From a candidate division Kazan bacterium (GTDB lineage Bacteria; Patescibacteriota; Kazan-3B-28): a stretch of DNA of 56,795 nucleotides. A program made the translations under genes and the position numbers. The stretch covers positions 1 to 56,795 of the forward strand of contig QMNG01000004.1 of the NCBI GenBank assembly GCA_003647645.1. Direction: 5' to 3'. The notes beneath the pieces are model-generated. The model was given only the letters and a program-made list of their open reading frames with translations. It made no database searches and was not told where the DNA came from. Below, one piece after another: positions 50,682 through 56,795 of this stretch. Positions within the stretch are counted from its first letter, which is position 1, and every line of letters begins with the position of its first letter.

Positions 50682-51623
50682 ATGAACATTATTGGAAGAC
50701 GCAAAATTTGGTTTACACTCTCAAGCATTTTAGTCACCGCCAGTGTTATAGCGATGATTATATTTGGATTCAGGACCGGTATTGACTTTGCGGGTGGGAC
50801 ACTTATTGAGATCGAAGTCGGAGATATTGATGCTGGGTTGTTGCCAGAGAATGTCGGTTTGGAAAATTATTTAGAATCTGCTTATTTAGAGACGACTGGC
50901 GAGGAGACCGTAGCCCAACCGTCCGGTCCGGCCACTACTTTGGTTGATGATGCCGGCAAAAAGGTTAGTGGAACCCGCTGGATATTTAAAAGTAAGATTA
51001 TTACCAACGATCAAAAAAATGCTTGGATTGAAGCAATTAGCGAAACCTTGCCTAAACTTTCAGAACTGAGATTTGAAATAGTTAGTCCGGCTATTGGCGC
51101 AGAGGTTGTTAATAAAGCGATTTTTGCTGTGGCTTTGGCGGTTATCGCAATTTTACTATATGTAGCTTTTTCGTTTCGCAGAGTGCCCAGGCCAACCAGC
51201 TCGTGGCGGTTTTCTCTGGCAGCGATTGCCGCTCTGGCCCATGATGTTATTATTTTGCTGGGCGCCTACGCAGTTATGGGTTATTTCTTCGGTGCCGAGG
51301 TGGATGGGATGTTTATTGTAGCGCTGTTGACCCTGCTGGGATTTTCTGTACATGACACGATTGTGACCTTTGACAGGTTACGGGAGAATTTAATTAAACG
51401 CGGCGGCTCTGAATTTGAAAAAACTGTTAATGACAGCGTTGTTGAAACAGTTACACGATCGCTTAATACCTCCGTCACTTTGATCTTCGTGTTGTTGGCT
51501 ATGGTATTGATGGGCGGCAGTACGATTACATTCTTTACTTTGGCGCTACTAGTCGGCGTAGCCATCGGAACCTATTCTTCGATCTTTGTGGCAGCGCCGT
51601 TATTGCTACTAGGTAGAAAATAA
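50682..51623 (+). CDS. secF: Protein translocase subunit SecF
   Basis: GIDFAGG, AHD, GFSVHDTIVTFDR.RE, RSLNTS, GTYSSIF. Confidence 0.97.
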   Translation: MNIIGRRKIWFTLSSILVTASVIAMIIFGFRTGIDFAGGTLIEIEVGDIDAGLLPENVGLENYLESAYLETTGEETVAQPSGPATTLVDDAGKKVSGTRWIFKSKIITNDQKNAWIEAISETLPKLSELRFEIVSPAIGAEVVNKAIFAVALAVIAILLYVAFSFRRVPRPTSSWRFSLAAIAALAHDVIILLGAYAVMGYFFGAEVDGMFIVALLTLLGFSVHDTIVTFDRLRENLIKRGGSEFEKTVNDSVVETVTRSLNTSVTLIFVLLAMVLMGGSTITFFTLALLVGVAIGTYSSIFVAAPLLLLGRK

Positions 51624-51626
51624 GCC

Positions 51627-51676
51627 CGTCATTCCCGCTCCTCTCATCGTCATTTCCGCGCAGGCGGGAACCCAGA
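51627..51676. repeat. GTCATTCCCGC...GCGGGAA short palindromic repeat (1.5 tandem units)
   Basis: CGTCATTCCCGC and CGTCATTTCCGCGCAGGCGGGAACCCAG. Confidence 0.65.
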
Positions 51677-51693
51677 CATTAAAATATTTTTTT

Positions 51694-51910
51694 GCCACCC
51701 ATTTGCTTGTCCAAACGGGTGGCGCCCAAAAGACACCCTGTTCACAAATTGTGAGCCAATTTAAGCAAAATCACCCTATCTGGATTTAACCGCAAACTCG
51801 TCAGAGCTAAAGCTCTTCCTCAAACAGTGCTCATCCAGAATAGGGTGATTTTACTATTGGCTTACACAATTTGCTCAATGGGAAATGTTTGCTTCGCAAA
51901 GTGGAGGAGG
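51694..51910 (+). repeat. Dispersed structured element, copy D
   Basis: GCCACCC/GGGTGGC, TGTC/GACA, AAAATCACCCTAT/ATAGGGTGATTTT, AAACTC-hairpin-TCAAACAG, AATTTGCTCAATGGG. Confidence 0.88.
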
Positions 51911-51970
51911 TTTTTATATCTTATCCAATGGCTTAGGGGTTTGCTTTGTAAAGGAGAGGAAATTATTCGG

Positions 51971-52170
51971 ATAATATCTTCCTCTTGGCATTAGCCAACA
52001 ATCGAGCATTGGAGCTCGAATGTCCTGAATCAAGCCAATCGCTTTAATCAGCGTGTTCACTGTTTGAGCGAAGCGAGTTTGGTAATAAGCAGATAAAGCA
52101 ATTGACTTAGATGAATAATGAGAGCGACTGCGGAGGCGGTTTGGGTACTTTGCCAAGACAAAGTACCGAA
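51971..52170 (-). repeat. Dispersed structured element, copy E
   Basis: Reverse complement shares CTCCGCAGTCGCTCTCATTATTCATCTAA and GATTCAGGACATTCGAGCTCCAATGCTCGAT with copy A. Confidence 0.9.
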
Positions 52171-52315
52171 AAGAAAGATTGACTGGGAGAGGGTTTTGTG
52201 ATATACAGGAGGTGTCAGCGGATGTGCTGACCCGACGCTGAGGAGGTGGTTTATCCCGCAAGCCCGAAAAATCGGGAACCTCGCAGATAGTCGGTATTGA
52301 AAAAGGAGACTTCAA

Positions 52316-53224
52316 ATGCCACGGAAGTCAATGACAGCTGGTCAGATCAAACAGTTTATCGACTTTGTACGTGCTGTAGTTACTGACTCAAGTATCAGTT
52401 TCGCTCAAGCGCAAGCCCTCATCAGTAACTCCGATCGGGTAGGCCAGTTTAAGCAGGGGTTTAAAAACCTGTTGAACCGGTCCATTCGCAACCCTTCACT
52501 GGAAATAAGGCGACTTAGTGAGCTTGCCCAAGCGGTCATCGATCAACTCCTAAAGCTTGACCCGGATCTAGATTTGAACCCAGAACGGCTTCGATATCTT
52601 GTCAAGCACCCAGAAAACCTCAAGAGTATGCTTGATGAAGCTTTCATTTTTGTGATTCCTGAACTCTATCTCTATCCCATTGTCGTGGATTATGATATAG
52701 ATCTTGAGGAAGCAATCAAGCCGTTCGAGTTCTCCAAGTGCTCTCGCTGCTATCGCTCCTATGTTAGACCAGATATTACGCCCAAGAACTTTCCGACATT
52801 ACAGACAGGAAAAGCCAAGTTGGTCGTAGAATTATTTAGTTCTGCTAACATATTTGATGATGTCAAGAAAATCAAGAAGATGTCTGCGACTCAAGTTCTC
52901 CGGAGACTTGATAAGATAGGATACCGGCCAGCAGAACTGCGCGAACTTCTCGCATTAGCAGTCACACACCCGAAGGTTATGCAGGAACGTCAGATTCTTG
53001 CACTTGGCTCTATTTGGCATGAGATGTGCTGGGACCGATACCACATTCCATTTGTATACGAGCGGAGTAGCGATATGGCAAAAGCCTACGGGACTGTTGA
53101 TGTGCAGCGTGAGCTGGGACTTCTGTCGGAGTATCATAAGATGCCCAGTGTTACCTATTTTTTTGTGCAGGGTGGAAAGGCTCAGTACAGCAGAGATATG
53201 CTGTTCGCTGCCATTCGCAAGTAG
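52316..53224 (+). CDS. Hypothetical protein
   Basis: 302-aa ORF with AAGGAG SD and downstream terminator. Confidence 0.8.
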   Translation: MPRKSMTAGQIKQFIDFVRAVVTDSSISFAQAQALISNSDRVGQFKQGFKNLLNRSIRNPSLEIRRLSELAQAVIDQLLKLDPDLDLNPERLRYLVKHPENLKSMLDEAFIFVIPELYLYPIVVDYDIDLEEAIKPFEFSKCSRCYRSYVRPDITPKNFPTLQTGKAKLVVELFSSANIFDDVKKIKKMSATQVLRRLDKIGYRPAELRELLALAVTHPKVMQERQILALGSIWHEMCWDRYHIPFVYERSSDMAKAYGTVDVQRELGLLSEYHKMPSVTYFFVQGGKAQYSRDMLFAAIRK

Positions 53225-53344
53225 TGTGCTTTGAACTTGGCTTTGCTTATGACGGTTCTGCCCTGGCGCTTCTGCTTGTTCAGCAGGCAGATCCCGAGAG
53301 GGATACTGCTTGAGCTTAGTTCTTTGTTCGATTTTGAGTTTTAT

Positions 53345-53377
53345 GGGCGGCCGCCGCAGCGGCCGCCCTTTCTTTTT
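53345..53377 (+). terminator. Intrinsic terminator
   Basis: GGGCGGCCGC-CGCA-GCGGCCGCCC-TTTCTTTTT. Confidence 0.8.
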
Positions 53378-53406
53378 GCTTTATTGGAAATGGATTTTTT
53401 ATGAAA

Positions 53407-53515
53407 TAATATATACTATAGTATATATTATAGTATATAGCATAGTATATACTATGCTATATACTATTACACAGCATACATAGCACTACAGTGAACAGCT
53501 GTTCATTATAGTGCT
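53407..53515. repeat. Cluster of loopless AT-rich palindromes (24 bp, 38 bp, imperfect 34 bp)
   Basis: 53407-53430, 53430-53467 and 53482-53515 checked base by base. Confidence 0.85.
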
Positions 53516-53571
53516 TTTGGTAGTATATGTTACTATGTGCCCAACGCTAATTCTTTTATAATAAACCCACG

Positions 53572-55302
53572 ATGGTTATAACTGCTGGGGTAAAATCAGA
53601 AGTTCGTTTTAATGTAGCGGATATACAACAGGATATTCCCGTTTCTTTAAGGGGTTTTGATTTTATCACAGCCCAGTTGTTACTGCAGCGGGGGATTAGG
53701 ACCAAGGAAGCTGCCGATAAGTTTTTGAGTCCAAAACTAGAGGATTTAGGCAACCCGAGTTTGTTCAAAGATCTGGATAAGGCCGTTGCGCGGATTAAGC
53801 GGGCGATAGCCAAGAAAGAGCATATTACTGTATATGGTGACTATGATGTTGATGGTATTACCTCCGCGACTATATTAATTTCTGTGCTTAAAACATTAAA
53901 AGCTATTGTGAATGTCTATTTGCCGGAACGGTTGAAAGAAGGATACGGGTTAAATAAAAAGGCAATTAAAAAACTGCGAGAGAAGGGAACCGACTTGCTG
54001 ATTACAGTTGATAATGGCACCACAAATATTGACGAAATCGCTTATGCCAATAAGCTGGGCATGGATGTAATAGTTGTTGATCATCATCAAATCGGCAACA
54101 AGCTACCCTTAGCCTATGCCTTAATAAATCCACATCGGCCGGATGATGGATATCCAGATAAGAATTTAGCTGCTGTAGGAATAGTATATCACCTCGTGAG
54201 ACGACTCATTGGCGATGGAGCGGCTGTGAAATATTTGGACTTAGTGGCTCTTGGAACTGTGGCCGATGTGGTGCCGCTGATTGGAGACAATCGAATATTT
54301 ACAGTTTTTGGTTTAAAAAAATTAAATAAAACTGAACGGATCGGCTTGAAAGCACTGATTGATGTTGCTTCCCTTAAAGGCAAGGCACTGGGAGCCTACC
54401 ACATTGGTTTTCAACTTGGTCCGCGCATTAATGCGGCCGGGCGGATTGACCATGCTGCTAAGGCATTTGCATTGCTCAATGAAACTGATGAAGCGCGTGC
54501 CTATGATGTTGCTCATGATCTCAATAGTTTGAATACAAAGCGGCAAAAGATGACGGAGCAGATTTTAGAATCGGCTTTGGTTCATGCTGGTGAATGGGAT
54601 AACAAAAAAATAATTATTGTCGGGGATGAGGGCTGGTCGATTGGTGTGGCGGGAATTGTAGCCGGCCGGCTGACCGAAAAATATTCCAAGCCTTCAATGG
54701 TTTTTGAGTATCAGAAGGATATATGCAGAGGCTCTGCCCGAAGTGTTGACGGTGTGCATTTAATTGAGTTGCTGAATAACGTCGATGAGTATATTCAGGG
54801 ATACGGCGGGCACGCTAAAGCTGCCGGCGTAACAATAAAACGAGCCAAATTTGAAGATTTTAAAAAGGCTTTGGAACAGTACGCCTTAACTACGATTCAC
54901 CCGGACCTGCTTAGGCCGAGCGTAAATATTTCTCTGTTAATAGAGCCAAATCTGGCTGATTCTAGGCTGTTTGAGATAATATCCAGATTGGCACCATTTG
55001 GCTTCGGTAATCCCACGCCGGTATTTGGGATGAAAAAGGTAAAACTCGAGAGCTATGATGCCGTCGGCAACGCGGCTTCAATTATTCGGATGATATTTTC
55101 TAAGGGTGAGCAACGAGTTCAAATTACAGGTTTTGATAGGAACGGTGAGTTGATTTTGTCTCTTCAGGAGGGCAGTGAATTTGATGTGGCCTTTACTATT
55201 TCCGGCAGTGAGTGGTCTTCAACCCGGGATAGTCTTAGGTTTGGAGGAAAACCCCGAAAGTTTATAGACAGAAAATTAGTACAGCTCCGGCAGTCTGTCT
55301 AG
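53572..55302 (+). CDS. recJ: ssDNA exonuclease RecJ
   Basis: GDYDVDG, TVDNG, DHH, LGTVAD, PRINAAGR, GSARS, GGHAKAAG. Confidence 0.97.
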   Translation: MVITAGVKSEVRFNVADIQQDIPVSLRGFDFITAQLLLQRGIRTKEAADKFLSPKLEDLGNPSLFKDLDKAVARIKRAIAKKEHITVYGDYDVDGITSATILISVLKTLKAIVNVYLPERLKEGYGLNKKAIKKLREKGTDLLITVDNGTTNIDEIAYANKLGMDVIVVDHHQIGNKLPLAYALINPHRPDDGYPDKNLAAVGIVYHLVRRLIGDGAAVKYLDLVALGTVADVVPLIGDNRIFTVFGLKKLNKTERIGLKALIDVASLKGKALGAYHIGFQLGPRINAAGRIDHAAKAFALLNETDEARAYDVAHDLNSLNTKRQKMTEQILESALVHAGEWDNKKIIIVGDEGWSIGVAGIVAGRLTEKYSKPSMVFEYQKDICRGSARSVDGVHLIELLNNVDEYIQGYGGHAKAAGVTIKRAKFEDFKKALEQYALTTIHPDLLRPSVNISLLIEPNLADSRLFEIISRLAPFGFGNPTPVFGMKKVKLESYDAVGNAASIIRMIFSKGEQRVQITGFDRNGELILSLQEGSEFDVAFTISGSEWSSTRDSLRFGGKPRKFIDRKLVQLRQSV

Positions 55303-55340
55303 CTTAAAGAAGGGCTTTTTAATACAATAACCTTACGAGT

Positions 55341-56606
55341 ATGGGAGTAAAATTTCAAAAACCTAGAGGAACTCAGGATATTCTGCCCAGTGAACAGAAG
55401 TATTGGTATTGGACAGAAGACAATTTTCGCAGTGTTATGCTCTCGGCTGGCTTCGGACGGATCATCACACCGACTTTTGAAAATACTGATCTGTTCGTGC
55501 GCAGCGTAGGCGAAGACACTGATATTGTTTCAAAGGAAATGTATACCTTTACCGATCGCGGGGGAAATAGTCTGACTTTGCGTCCAGAGGGCACTGCCGG
55601 GGTGGTCCGAGCGTATATCGAAAACGGGATGCACAAGGAACCTCAGCCGGTGAAGGTATTTTACTGGGGTCCGGTATTCAGATATGATCGACCGCAGGCT
55701 GGGCGATACAGAGAATTTTGCCAGCCCGGTTTGGAGATGTTCGGGGAGCAAGATCCGATTGTTGATGCGCAAGTGATTGCGCTAATGATGAAATTTTATC
55801 GGAAAATCGGTCTCAAAGATTTGGTAGTCAAAATAAATAGCATCGGTGATATAAAAGGCCGGGCCAAAATGCAAAAGGCGCTGGTGGACTTCTTATCAGC
55901 TCACCGGCGAACACTTTGTGCCGAATGCAAACGACGGATGATTCAGAACCCGATGAGGGTACTGGATTGCAAGGAAAAGAAATGCCAGCCGGTTATAGAG
56001 GAAGCTGGTGGAGTACTGATTGATAATTTAAATACTGCCTCCAAGGAACACTTTACCAAAGTGTTGGAGTATCTGGACGATATGGGTGTTGAGTACGAAC
56101 TTGATCATCGGTTAGTCAGGGGGCTTGATTATTATACTCATACGGTTTTTGAAGTAGTTGCAAAAAATGGGGGCCTGTCAATTGGCGGTGGTGGCAGATA
56201 TGACGAATTAGTGAAGATGTTAGGCGGTCCGGCCACACCGGCTATTGGATTTGGGGTCGGTTTGGACCGAACGATCGATTTGTTGAAAAAACAGAATGTG
56301 GCTGTTCCCGAGGTGGTGTTCAGCGATGTGTTTATAGTTCAACTTGGCGATGAAGCTAAAAAGAAGGCAATTAGAGTAATTGACCAACTGGACGAGGCAG
56401 GCTACCGAGTGGCGCATGCGCTGGGGCGAAGCAGCATTAAATCCCAACTTAGGGTGGCTAATCGATTAGGCACTAAGATAGCGATAATTATTGGTGAACG
56501 TGAAGTACACGACAAAAGCGTGATTATCCGTGATTTGTCCGATAGTACCCAAGAATCTGTCTTGGACCGTGACTTAATTAAGATGCTTAAGAAAAGAATC
56601 CAGTGA
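55341..56606 (+). CDS. hisS: Histidyl-tRNA synthetase
   Basis: PRGTQD, LRPEGTA, FRYDRPQAGRYREF, LVRGLDYY, GGGRYD. Confidence 0.98.
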   Translation: MGVKFQKPRGTQDILPSEQKYWYWTEDNFRSVMLSAGFGRIITPTFENTDLFVRSVGEDTDIVSKEMYTFTDRGGNSLTLRPEGTAGVVRAYIENGMHKEPQPVKVFYWGPVFRYDRPQAGRYREFCQPGLEMFGEQDPIVDAQVIALMMKFYRKIGLKDLVVKINSIGDIKGRAKMQKALVDFLSAHRRTLCAECKRRMIQNPMRVLDCKEKKCQPVIEEAGGVLIDNLNTASKEHFTKVLEYLDDMGVEYELDHRLVRGLDYYTHTVFEVVAKNGGLSIGGGGRYDELVKMLGGPATPAIGFGVGLDRTIDLLKKQNVAVPEVVFSDVFIVQLGDEAKKKAIRVIDQLDEAGYRVAHALGRSSIKSQLRVANRLGTKIAIIIGEREVHDKSVIIRDLSDSTQESVLDRDLIKMLKKRIQ

Positions 56607-56688
56607 ATTTTCTTAGGAATTTAATAAACGGACTGACGAATTAATTTAAAAATAAAAGCGAGTGTACATAGTATAAGTTGCCAGCGGG

Positions 56689-56795
56689 ATGAATGACGAT
56701 AAATGGGGAGAAATCTTAGACAGAGTTGAAGAAAAGTTTGACGTAGTTGATAGTGGAAAGGAAATATTAGAAGACATTCCAAATGCTTTTGTCGA
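56689..56795 (+). CDS. Hypothetical protein, 3' truncated by window
   Basis: Open frame MNDDKWGEILDRVEEKFDVVDSGKE... to the window end. Confidence 0.6.
   Translation, partial: MNDDKWGEILDRVEEKFDVVDSGKEILEDIPNAFV

Noticed and set aside
52316-53340. Diversity-generating retroelement target
   Set aside because: No reverse transcriptase and no template repeat differing at adenines seen in the window.

Overview
Bacterial chromosomal segment, most likely from a Patescibacteria/CPR genome. Evidence for this is a stand-alone 16S rRNA gene with no adjacent 23S, shortened 16S helices and a CPR-like gene set; TGA is used as a stop, so the standard code applies. The coding content is mostly housekeeping: dnaK/dnaJ, recO, a xer-like recombinase, LysM-M23, LCP, htrA, comEA, rsmD, recG, tyrS, PBP1A, tig, purA, clpP, holB, rplK/A/J/L, a dCMP deaminase-dut-tmk-thyX cluster, tgt, manC, secDF, recJ and hisS. 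There is also a 1393-aa tandem-cyclase/STAND-ATPase/TPR protein. The most unusual signal is non-coding. (1) A nested tRNA-Ile locus: a complete tRNA-Ile(GAT) sits inside an inverted-repeat-flanked insert in the anticodon of a second tRNA-Ile. That outer tRNA has compensatory acceptor-stem differences and a second hairpin insert in its variable loop. (2) A seven-copy dispersed family of ~130-230 nt structured elements with a covarying 5' pseudoknot and a conserved AAACTC-hairpin-TCRRACA core, mostly placed just 3' of genes. (3) Several short REP-like hairpin families inserted into tRNAs, tRNA trailers, each other and, in frame, into protein tails. All calls come from reading the sequence by eye; no database search or folding program was run.
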